From an uncultured Pseudomonadota bacterium (lineage in GTDB: Bacteria; Pseudomonadota; Alphaproteobacteria; RF32; CAG-239), in NCBI GenBank assembly GCA_949295395.1, contig CASFLB010000001.1:1-47509 (forward strand): 47,509 nt of DNA, written 5' to 3'. A model generated the notes under the pieces. It had not been told where the DNA came from, made no database searches, and saw only the letters and a program-made list of their open reading frames with translations. The first letter of the stretch is position 1; each line of letters starts with the position of its first letter. Of the stretch, positions 8,938 through 17,693 are shown piece by piece. The position numbers were made by a program, and so were the translations under genes.

Positions 8938-10242
8938 TTATTTTTTTTGCAGAAGCTTTTCAAGACGTGCACAATTTTTATTTGAAATTCGGCACTCAAA
9001 ATTAATTTGGCTTCCTTTTACTTCTCGTTTTAAAACTTCAGCGTTTTCATAGAGCCAAGAAATTTCCTTTCCCTTGTCGGCCGAGAGACTTAGTTTTAAT
9101 ATTTTTTCTTCTCTATTTATTTTTTCAGCAATTGTACGCAGAAAAGAATTTAGTCCCAGACCATTTGCGGCAGAACATAAAATTAACGAAGCGTTTCTTT
9201 CGGTCTGTTCTTTGTAAAAATTTCTTTGCTCTGGTGAAAGTAAGTCGGCTTTATTTAAAAGTTCAATATAATTTTCTTCTGTTTCCAAATGCTTTAATCC
9301 CAAGTGTTCTAATACACTCAAGACATCTTTTTTTTGCATTTGGGTTTCAGGGTTGGCACAATCGCGAACATGAACAATAATATCTGCGGCAAGAACCTCT
9401 TCTAATGTAGCTCGAAAAGCCATGATTAATTCATGCGGTAAATCTGAAATAAATCCAACTGTGTCGGATAAAATAACGTCTTGTCCGGTTGGAAGTTTTA
9501 GCTTTCTCATTGTTGTATCCAAGGTTGCAAAAAGCAAATCTTTGGCAAAGACATCGGCTTGAGTTAATGTATTGAACAAAGTTGATTTTCCGGCATTTGT
9601 GTAACCGACCAACGCCACAACCGGATAGGGAACTTTTTGGCGAGTGCTCCTCTGTAAAGCTCTTGTCTTTTTGACTTTTTCTAATTCTTTCTTTATACGG
9701 ACAATTTTATCGTCAATAATTCTGCGGTCTAATTCGATTTGTTTCTCTCCCGGCCCTCCTAAAAATCCGGCGCCGCCGCGTTGACGTTCTAGGTGTGTCC
9801 AACTACGCACCAAACGACTGCGTTGATACGTTAAGTGAGCCAATTCGACTTGGAGTTTACCTTCTTTGGTTTGGGCCCTTTCTCCAAAAATTTCTAGAAT
9901 AAGGGCTGTTCGGTCAATGACTTTGGTATTGAGTTTTTTTTCTAAATTTCTTTGCTGGATAGGACTTAAACTTGAGTCAACGATTAAGAGTTCTATTCCT
10001 TCTTGTGTGATTTTTTCAGCCAGTTTATCTATATATCCTTGGCCAAAATAAGAGCCTGATTTGAGTTCTTTTAATTTTACGATCTCGGAGCCAACAATAT
10101 CCAAACTTATTGCTCGCGCCAAACCGACGGCTTCTTCTAATCTAGCCTCAGGTGAAACCTTTTTTTCCGAGTTTATAATATTCGGAAAAACGACATAAGC
10201 TTTTGCGGCTTTTTTTTCTTCAATCTGAAAAAAGGTATTCAA
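8938..10242 (-). CDS. hflX: GTPase HflX
   Basis: 434 aa. HflX N-domain plus G domain: G1 GYTNAGKST, G3 DTVGF, G4 NKAD. It lies directly downstream of hfq. Confidence 0.92.
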   Translation of the reverse strand: MNTFFQIEEKKAAKAYVVFPNIINSEKKVSPEARLEEAVGLARAISLDIVGSEIVKLKELKSGSYFGQGYIDKLAEKITQEGIELLIVDSSLSPIQQRNLEKKLNTKVIDRTALILEIFGERAQTKEGKLQVELAHLTYQRSRLVRSWTHLERQRGGAGFLGGPGEKQIELDRRIIDDKIVRIKKELEKVKKTRALQRSTRQKVPYPVVALVGYTNAGKSTLFNTLTQADVFAKDLLFATLDTTMRKLKLPTGQDVILSDTVGFISDLPHELIMAFRATLEEVLAADIIVHVRDCANPETQMQKKDVLSVLEHLGLKHLETEENYIELLNKADLLSPEQRNFYKEQTERNASLILCSAANGLGLNSFLRTIAEKINREEKILKLSLSADKGKEISWLYENAEVLKREVKGSQINFECRISNKNCARLEKLLQKK

Positions 10243-10259
10243 GCTCTTTTTAAGCCTTA

Positions 10260-10487
10260 TTATTTCATTTCAGGGATGTCAATATTGACAGCTGTTCCTG
10301 GCATGATTGTCGAAACAGCATGTTTATAGATGAGCTGTGTATGACCGTCTCTTCTCAATAAGAGAGAACTTTCATCAAACCATGTAATGATACCTTGTAA
10401 TTTTACACCGTTTACCAAAAAAACTGTAACAGATGTTTTGTTTTGGCATAAATCTTTTAAGAAATCTTCCTGAACGTTTTGTGACAT
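10260..10487 (-). CDS. hfq: RNA chaperone Hfq
   Basis: 75 aa. Sm1/Sm2 motifs: [19 protein letters not shown]...[12 protein letters not shown]. Confidence 0.95.
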   Translation of the reverse strand: MSQNVQEDFLKDLCQNKTSVTVFLVNGVKLQGIITWFDESSLLLRRDGHTQLIYKHAVSTIMPGTAVNIDIPEMK

Positions 10488-10555
10488 TTTTTTATTCCTT
10501 ATTATCTTTGTTCTTTTTAATTTAAGTACATTTCTTTTGATTAGTAAAGTTTTTT

Positions 10556-11914
10556 TTATGAAAATATTTTTTCAACCTTTTTAATCGCCTTTGATGAGCT
10601 ATAAACGATCAGCTTATCTCCTTCTAAAATTCGTTCATATATATCGGGATAAATTATGTTTTCTTCTCTAATGATGGCACATATTTTGCTGTTTTCCGGC
10701 AACTCCAACTCGACAATTTTTTTGTCTGTAATTAATGAAGTGGCATCCACATAAATTTCCCAAACTTCACCTAAGCCACGTCCAAGTGAATAGGCTTTGT
10801 TTATTCGGGCTTTACGCAATTCTTTTAATATCTCTGATATTGTTACTGAGGAACTGTCGATGATTATGTTATCATTCAAATTGCTAACCAATGTGTTATA
10901 GGTGTTTGAATTAACAAGTGATATTGTAGTATGGGCTCCGTTTTTCTTAGCTATTAATGCTGCTAATAAGTTGTCTTTATCTTTAAGCGTTGCGGACACC
11001 GTTACATCTGTCGCTTCAACGTCAGCTTCTTCAAGCATGACATCGCTTAACATTTCTCCGCAGATGATTGATGTGTGTTCTAACGTGCGGGCCAAATATG
11101 AGGCTCTGCGTCTGTCTTCTTCAATTATCTTACTTGATATGACATTATCGTCATTTTCTAGAAGTCTTGCTAAATATAATGATATTTGATTTCCTCCAAA
11201 TATAACAATTTTTTCATTACTTGGACGGTCTGTTCCAAAGCTATGTAACGCTTCTTCAATATCTTCTTCTGGGACTAAAAAGAAAAATTCATCGCCTTGC
11301 TCCAAACAATATTCGCCGGTGGGAATAAAATTCTTGCCATTACGGACCACACTGACTGGTGCAATTTTAATTTCTGGTGCGGCCATTTCGATATGATCAA
11401 TACTCGTTTTAATTAAAGGGCAATTTTCCAAACATTTTACGGATAATAAATAAAGTTTTTTATCCGCTAACGGCATAACAGATGATGCTCCCGGAACTTT
11501 TATTATACTGTATATGGCTTCGGCAATAGCCATGTCCGGAAATATTATTAAATCTATATTAATATGATTGGGATTATATAAGTCACACCATAGAGGATTC
11601 AAAAATTCTTCCGAGTCAATTCGGGCAATTTTCTTGCGGATATGAAACAAGTAATCCGCGACTTGGCAGGCAACCATATTTACTTCATCTGAATTTGTTA
11701 GGGCTAATATCATATCAGCTTCTTCGGCTCCGGCTCTTTCCAATACATCAGGATGGGCGGCGTTTCCTAAAACAGGCAAAATGTCCCATTCTTTGGCGAC
11801 TTCATCAAGCTTTTGCTGATCGATATCAATAACACTTATATCGTTATTTCCGTATGATAGATAACTAACAATATTTTTACCTATTCTTCCGGCGCCGCAA
11901 ACAATTATCTTCAT
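10556..11914 (-). CDS. trkA: Trk potassium uptake system protein TrkA
   Basis: 452 aa with duplicated RCK/NAD-binding architecture. N-terminal [15 protein letters not shown]. Start overlaps the dusB stop (ATGA). Confidence 0.9.
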   Translation of the reverse strand: MKIIVCGAGRIGKNIVSYLSYGNNDISVIDIDQQKLDEVAKEWDILPVLGNAAHPDVLERAGAEEADMILALTNSDEVNMVACQVADYLFHIRKKIARIDSEEFLNPLWCDLYNPNHINIDLIIFPDMAIAEAIYSIIKVPGASSVMPLADKKLYLLSVKCLENCPLIKTSIDHIEMAAPEIKIAPVSVVRNGKNFIPTGEYCLEQGDEFFFLVPEEDIEEALHSFGTDRPSNEKIVIFGGNQISLYLARLLENDDNVISSKIIEEDRRRASYLARTLEHTSIICGEMLSDVMLEEADVEATDVTVSATLKDKDNLLAALIAKKNGAHTTISLVNSNTYNTLVSNLNDNIIIDSSSVTISEILKELRKARINKAYSLGRGLGEVWEIYVDATSLITDKKIVELELPENSKICAIIREENIIYPDIYERILEGDKLIVYSSSKAIKKVEKIFS

Positions 11915-12882
11915 CGTTTTTCTTCTCCAAAACTGTCAAAATACTCATCTATCGCTTTCATAGCTTGTTGATAGTCGTTTATTTTGGTATATGTTTCGCG
12001 AAATCTCTTGGCATCTCTTAAATTCTTACAATACCAGCAGACAAATTTGCGTGATATTGCCAAGCCCATTTCTTGACCGTAATAATTGCTTAGTTCTTCA
12101 ATATGTTTTAGCATAAAAGTTTTAATCTCGGAAACAGAAATCTTTTCCGGTTCTTTGCCGCTTTTTAAAAAGGAATCGGTCTGACTTATCAGCCATGGAT
12201 TTCCTAATCCGGCTCTGCCAATCATCACGCCATCGACACCGGTTTCTTCTATCATTCTCTTGGCGTCATAAGGTGTGTTTATATCTCCGTTTCCAATGAC
12301 AGGAATCTTTACGGCCTCTTTTACCTCTCGTATGATATTCCAATCAGCTTCTCCAGAATAAAAAGCACTTCGTGTTCTGCCGTGAACCGTTATATATGAA
12401 GCTCCGCTGTCTTCGCACATTTTGGCAAAGTCAACCGCGTTTACATTGGCTGCATCCCAGCCTTTCCTAAATTTTACACTGACTTTTAAGGGAGTTGCTT
12501 TGACGACTGCTTTTATTATCTTCTCCGCTAAGCCTCTATCTTTCATTAGAGCTGAACCAGCGTGATTGTTTACAATTTTTTTTACCGGACAGCCCATGTT
12601 TATATCTAGAGAATGAGCACCGAGTTCTTCAGCCAGCTTAGCCGCTTCTGAAAATAATTCGGGGTCGTTTCCAACTAATTGAACAACAACAGGGTAATTT
12701 TCATCCCGAACATCGGCTATTCGATAGGTTTTAGGATTTTTGCGTTGAATGGCATTTATGGCAACCATTTCGGAAACCATAACCCCCTTTCCCAAAGATG
12801 ATACCAATTTTCTTAGTGGCTTATCGGTTATCCCTGCCATCGGCGCCATAAAAACATTGCTGTCAAAATCAAGTATTTGCAT
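11911..12882 (-). CDS. dusB: tRNA-dihydrouridine synthase B
   Basis: 323 aa. Dus motifs: APMAGITD, DINMGCPVKK, HGRTR. Confidence 0.92.
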   Translation of the reverse strand: MQILDFDSNVFMAPMAGITDKPLRKLVSSLGKGVMVSEMVAINAIQRKNPKTYRIADVRDENYPVVVQLVGNDPELFSEAAKLAEELGAHSLDINMGCPVKKIVNNHAGSALMKDRGLAEKIIKAVVKATPLKVSVKFRKGWDAANVNAVDFAKMCEDSGASYITVHGRTRSAFYSGEADWNIIREVKEAVKIPVIGNGDINTPYDAKRMIEETGVDGVMIGRAGLGNPWLISQTDSFLKSGKEPEKISVSEIKTFMLKHIEELSNYYGQEMGLAISRKFVCWYCKNLRDAKRFRETYTKINDYQQAMKAIDEYFDSFGEEKR

Positions 12883-13445
12883 CAGGCCTCAAAATTATAA
12901 TTACGGTTATATTCGTGCATGAAATCAATCAAAATGTGAGGTTGTTGGTTGATGTCACGAACAGAATTATACATATTTACGGCATAATCAAGAACGGAAT
13001 ATGAAAACTCTTTGTTCATGTTCATTATGCTTTCATTTATTCCGTTGTTTTCTCGTGATGAGCTATAACTTTGCGTCGCTTTATCATAAGCCTTTTCTTT
13101 GCTTTCTACCCCTATTTTGCTTAATATCTCAGAAAAATTTGTTCCTGAAGTTTCTGCTGTTTCAAGATTTTTTTCTTTATCTTGCTTATTGTAAAGGCTT
13201 TGACGATATCGTTGAGCCGCACTTTCTTCCAGTGGATTTGCTGACACATATTCTTGAACCGAAAATGAGGATTTTGGCTCCAAATAAGCTTGTCCGCTTG
13301 AAATTTCTGTTTGGACTTTACCGGCAATTTGTTCTGTGGACGGCGTAAACTCTTTTTTTCCGCCTAAGCGTTCGGCTGACGAACCGATGCTTTGCAGAAG
13401 TTTATCAATCTCGAGCTGATAGCCTTGTGTCGCAGAAATTGCCAT
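12882..13445 (-). CDS. hypothetical protein (187 aa, no recognisable domain)
   Basis: ORF with 1-nt overlaps at both ends: TAATG with the upstream giant gene and TGATG with dusB. It is Ser/Glu/Asn/Gln-rich with no TM or signal peptide. Confidence 0.6.
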   Translation of the reverse strand: MAISATQGYQLEIDKLLQSIGSSAERLGGKKEFTPSTEQIAGKVQTEISSGQAYLEPKSSFSVQEYVSANPLEESAAQRYRQSLYNKQDKEKNLETAETSGTNFSEILSKIGVESKEKAYDKATQSYSSSRENNGINESIMNMNKEFSYSVLDYAVNMYNSVRDINQQPHILIDFMHEYNRNYNFEA

Positions 13446-16400
13446 TAGTTAATTCTATCCAATGCTTTTGCCAATACGTAGTATAGTTTTCCAACATCAG
13501 CCCCTGAAATAACAGACAGCAATAATCCTGATTTTTCGCTATCTTTTGCTTTTCCAACTAATGTTTCAAAGTCTGTTAAATACCGCGTGACAACGTCTCT
13601 AAACTCAGCATTCTTTTCAAACTCATTCTTTATACCAACAATTTGGCTACGGCTCAAAGTTCGAGCCAGGTGTCTTACAAAGACTGAGGTGTCACCGTTG
13701 TAATACTTTTTCCACAACTCTTCTTCTACGCCGGGGTTAAAGATACGATTAATATCAACAGCTGCCGATTCCAATTTTTCAAGAACATATGAAGCGTTTC
13801 TCAAGAAACTGTCAACGCGCATACCTTCATATAGTTTTTCCAAATCTTTTAACTTTATTTCAGCTTTTGATGATGTGTCTGTTAAAATTTGAAGTTGTTT
13901 CTTAAACAATGCGTTGAAACCATTGGATTTTTGCAAAATATCTTCACCTTGTGTGGTGAATTCTTTTGATGCACTGCTCAGGGTGCCAACAACTTCGGTT
14001 ACTTTATTAATCGACTCATCGCTTGCCGCAACCAAAACATTTGATTGTTTTAAGAAAATTTCTCCGGAGGTACGGATGTCATTGGCTATTCTTTCAGCGT
14101 TTGACGATATTTCTCCAATAGATGCTCTTAATTTACTACCGGCATTTTCTAGGCTTCCGGCACTTTGTTTGGTCATTTCATCAAGCTGGATTCCAAGTTT
14201 TTTCAGTCCCTCGCCTAAGCCTTTTACTTTATCGTAGGCTTGATTGGCTCGGTCCGACAAAACCATGGAGGCATCGTTCAGTACAGTGTTAAAATAATTT
14301 ACAAGTTCTTTTGTGCCTTCTGATAGATTTAGCATCTTGTCGTTTTGTTCCGAGATTAAGTTATTTATTTCAATGACACCTGTACTTGCTTCCGCCGTTA
14401 CAGTATTGAAACCGGCTAAATACTGTTCGTAATCTTTCATAACCGATCCAACTTTTTGATTCGAGGTTTCAACAATTTTGCTTAAATCTTCGGAACTTTG
14501 TGTTAGCGATAACCCAACCTGTTCAATATTTTTCAAAGACGTTTTGGTTGCTTTATTGATATCTTCGCCTATTTTTATCATCTTATCGGCTAGGGAATCA
14601 ATATTATAACCGGCTTTTGTTGTCATTTCTGTTATATTTTCGCCATTATTCTTGATCTGTTCATTTATTTCATTTAGTTGTTGGGCGATGCTTGTTGAGG
14701 CTTCTGACAGATATTTATACTGCTGAGCTAAAGAGGCTTCGCCTAACCGGGTTTGTGTTGAAACAACATTTACGACGTCTTTTATACTTTCCGTCTGTTG
14801 CGATAAACTTTCTTTTATGCTATCGGCTTGAGACTGGGTTTTTATCAAAGCCTCATCCAATGATTTGATATGGGCATCCATAACGAGTGCTATATCTTTG
14901 CTGTCAGATACCAAACTCTCATTAGCGGCTTGTAAACGGCGACAATTGTCCATTATGCCGGCAGACATTGTATCTGTTCCTTCTTTAACATTATCAAATA
15001 TCTCGACATAAGACGACAAGTTTTGTTTGAAGTCTTCCGTTACTTTTTGCATTTTGTTTTGCATGTCATCAACAATCTTAACAACAGCATCATTTTGAGT
15101 TTCAACGGCTTCATTTATTTTAATTAACTTGTCGATTGATTGCTCAACACTATCGTTAATTACAGCAGAACGCTTGTTCGCATCTTCTTCCAATATGGCC
15201 AGTCTTGAGAATACGCGATCGGCACTTTGCTCAATAATCGATATCTGCTTTTTCATGGCACTACCAATATTGTTGGTGTTTTCAGATATTTTATCGCAAA
15301 TATCAAAAAATTCACCTTCTTGTTGCTTAAACAATAAATTAATTGTATCAGCTTTTTCGTCAAAAGCTTTTACGACATCAGTTACATAACCTATTGTTGT
15401 TTCAGCCATGTTGCTTAATAAATTGCTTTGTTTAGTGAATGAATCCAACAAATCTTTATGTGTTTGTTCTGCTGTTTCCGATGATTTGTTTATCATTTCT
15501 GTTTGCAACGACAACATATGATTTAAGTTTGTTGTTTTGCTTTCAATATCTTCATTAAGTTTGTCTATTCTTTGATAATGACCTTCAAGATTGTCATTGA
15601 CAATGCTCATCTTGTTGCACGTCATATCAATCAAGCCCGTCATATCTTCTGCCTGATTTCGGAACTCTTGTTTTAGATCATTGGTCTTGCCAATAACACC
15701 TTCAGATACAACATAAACTTCTTCTATTTGTTTCTTTAATTCGTTAACGGAATCTTTGGCTTCTTCTCCAATCATTGTTGAAATACGGCTTATTTCTTCG
15801 ATTTCTCGTTTTAATTCGCCCTTCATTTCTTCAAGATGGCTTACCGAAGCACTGATTAAACGCTGCTGTTGAGTTAATGAATTTTCACTAATCTTATTTT
15901 GTGTTACGACTATTGACGATGTTTCGCTAATATCATCTGCGTTCTTCTTCATTGATTGAGAAACCTGTTCTAATCCTTTAATGGCTGTCGATGATACTTC
16001 TTGTAATAAGGTTGTCTTTTGCTGCAACTCTTGCATTGTACTTTGAAGTTTGCTTGTTGCATTTTGTTCGGCTTGTTCAATACTTGTTTGGCTTTCTTTT
16101 AAGCTTTCATTGGTTTTGTTTATTTTTATTATTGATTGGTCTGCTGTTTCAGCAACAACAGCGGCTTCTTTCTGAAGAGTTTCAACAACAATGTCCGTGT
16201 TCTTTTGAGCTATATCACATGTTTTTTCTAACAAACTGCTGTGCTCTTTGATTTCGTTTTGGGCATCTTGTATAACATTTCTTATTTCTTCAGAGACACT
16301 GCTTAATTCTCTTACTTGAATTGAAATACTTTCTTCGGCCATGCCGGCTCTTGAAATTATTTTATCAATCTCGGCTTTAACAACATTTCCCTGTTCGGAG

Positions 16401-17404
16401 AACTTTTGCCCTAAAGTATCAGCGTTTTGGTTTAAGGTTTCAACATAGCCTTTCATTGTGTTGTTTTGGCTTTGCATGACGTCGGCTAGCGAATTGATGC
16501 TGTTATCGATATTTTGTCTCATCTTATCGCATTCGTTCACGGCTTTTTCTGAGATTAAGGCAATTTTTTGGGCTTGTGCCTCCAAAATTTCAGAGGCTTT
16601 CTCAATGCTGTTGTGCGACTTATCGGCCAACTCTAAAATTGTTTCATTGGCTTTAATCATTTTTTCGTTGCTTTCTTGTGTCGCCTTTTCAAGCAATTCG
16701 GCTGAATATTTTACTTCATTTATGTTAGGGAGAACATTTCTTACAAATAAATCAGCTTCTTTGTTCATCTGTGCAAATATACCGGAAACCTCTGCTCCGA
16801 TATTTTTAAACTCTCCACTATGAGACAAGGCTTTTTCGTTCATCATTTCAAATGATGTGGTTAGTTGTTTAAGTGTCTCTGACAACTTTTCTACCGTCTG
16901 TGATGAGTATTGATCTAAGGTGGTTATTATACCGGCGAAGTCTTCAACTCGAGCATTTAATTCATTTTTGATCTTTTGGCTTTGCTCTGTTGCCATTTTG
17001 GTTGCGTTTTGCAATTCAACTACTTGGGAACGAATGCCATCTGCCATGGCTTTGGCTGTTTGCGCAGCCCCTTCTTCCGGATAAACCAGTTGATTCATAT
17101 AACTTCTCAGCAAGCGAGCTTCCGTCTTAAAGCTGGTGCCTCGGTCAATATATGCCACAACAACCCACAATATGGCCAAAGGTAATGTTACTCCGGCCAA
17201 AAATCCGCCAAATTCGTCCGGCATCATTAAAAACAGGTTCGACCACCCAAAAAACTGGCTAATATAAAACAGTACAATACCAAACCAAATGATACTTGTC
17301 CAAATCATCAGTTGGTATAAATTATTGCTCAACCATGTTGGTTGATTTTCTAATTCCGGAGTTGTCGTAATTGTCGTGTTTTTATTTGTTTCTTTCGTCG
17401 ACAT
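13445..17404 (-). CDS. giant membrane-anchored coiled-coil protein (about 1319 aa)
   Basis: The track ORF starts at a TTG (17428). The ATG at 17404 lies 9 nt after AGGGGA and is preferred. There are two N-terminal TM helices (LMIWTSIIWFGIVLFYISQFFGW and FLAGVTLPLAILWVVVAYI). About 1050 aa of helical Q/E/N/S/K-rich sequence with no Pro/Gly breaks follow, ending in a roughly 150-aa non-repetitive C-terminal domain (...DINRIFNPGVEEELWKKYYNGDTSVFVRHLARTL...GKLYYVLAKALDRIN). Confidence 0.8.
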   Translation of the reverse strand: MSTKETNKNTTITTTPELENQPTWLSNNLYQLMIWTSIIWFGIVLFYISQFFGWSNLFLMMPDEFGGFLAGVTLPLAILWVVVAYIDRGTSFKTEARLLRSYMNQLVYPEEGAAQTAKAMADGIRSQVVELQNATKMATEQSQKIKNELNARVEDFAGIITTLDQYSSQTVEKLSETLKQLTTSFEMMNEKALSHSGEFKNIGAEVSGIFAQMNKEADLFVRNVLPNINEVKYSAELLEKATQESNEKMIKANETILELADKSHNSIEKASEILEAQAQKIALISEKAVNECDKMRQNIDNSINSLADVMQSQNNTMKGYVETLNQNADTLGQKFSEQGNVVKAEIDKIISRAGMAEESISIQVRELSSVSEEIRNVIQDAQNEIKEHSSLLEKTCDIAQKNTDIVVETLQKEAAVVAETADQSIIKINKTNESLKESQTSIEQAEQNATSKLQSTMQELQQKTTLLQEVSSTAIKGLEQVSQSMKKNADDISETSSIVVTQNKISENSLTQQQRLISASVSHLEEMKGELKREIEEISRISTMIGEEAKDSVNELKKQIEEVYVVSEGVIGKTNDLKQEFRNQAEDMTGLIDMTCNKMSIVNDNLEGHYQRIDKLNEDIESKTTNLNHMLSLQTEMINKSSETAEQTHKDLLDSFTKQSNLLSNMAETTIGYVTDVVKAFDEKADTINLLFKQQEGEFFDICDKISENTNNIGSAMKKQISIIEQSADRVFSRLAILEEDANKRSAVINDSVEQSIDKLIKINEAVETQNDAVVKIVDDMQNKMQKVTEDFKQNLSSYVEIFDNVKEGTDTMSAGIMDNCRRLQAANESLVSDSKDIALVMDAHIKSLDEALIKTQSQADSIKESLSQQTESIKDVVNVVSTQTRLGEASLAQQYKYLSEASTSIAQQLNEINEQIKNNGENITEMTTKAGYNIDSLADKMIKIGEDINKATKTSLKNIEQVGLSLTQSSEDLSKIVETSNQKVGSVMKDYEQYLAGFNTVTAEASTGVIEINNLISEQNDKMLNLSEGTKELVNYFNTVLNDASMVLSDRANQAYDKVKGLGEGLKKLGIQLDEMTKQSAGSLENAGSKLRASIGEISSNAERIANDIRTSGEIFLKQSNVLVAASDESINKVTEVVGTLSSASKEFTTQGEDILQKSNGFNALFKKQLQILTDTSSKAEIKLKDLEKLYEGMRVDSFLRNASYVLEKLESAAVDINRIFNPGVEEELWKKYYNGDTSVFVRHLARTLSRSQIVGIKNEFEKNAEFRDVVTRYLTDFETLVGKAKDSEKSGLLLSVISGADVGKLYYVLAKALDRIN

Positions 17405-17513
17405 AAATAAAAATCCCCTGTTCCCCAAATTAATTTAAATCTGGGTGCATTTTAATCTTCTTTTTTCAGAATTTAAAGTGCTTTGCTCATTTATGTCGGA
17501 CTTATTCACAGCC

Positions 17514-17693
17514 TTATTCTTGGCCTTTTTTCTCCATGACGTATTTGAGGCGTCTTAAAGCTTGTATCTGCATTTGTTCCTGGGTTAATCCTACTGGAAC
17601 AACGACACTCACTTCAATTTGAGTTTCAGCTTCGATAGCGGTTACCTTAACGTAATTACCTTGACGGATATATTCAAATAAGACTTCAGGCAT
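17514..17693 (-). CDS. small conserved-looking protein (59 aa), absent from the ORF track
   Basis: Own translation: MPEVLFEYIRQGNYVKVTAIEAETQIEVSVVVPVGLTQEQMQIQALRRLKYVMEKKGQE*. The ATG at 17693 directly abuts the parC stop (17694-17696). It resembles a small alphaproteobacterial family I recall as DUF6898-like; that recollection is unverified. Confidence 0.5.
   Translation of the reverse strand: MPEVLFEYIRQGNYVKVTAIEAETQIEVSVVVPVGLTQEQMQIQALRRLKYVMEKKGQE

Noticed and set aside
8865-8938. Possible hairpin TGCTTT...AAAGCA between hflX and the DUF2156 gene.
   Set aside because: It has a 6-bp stem, a roughly 20-nt loop and no U-tract, which is too weak to call a terminator.
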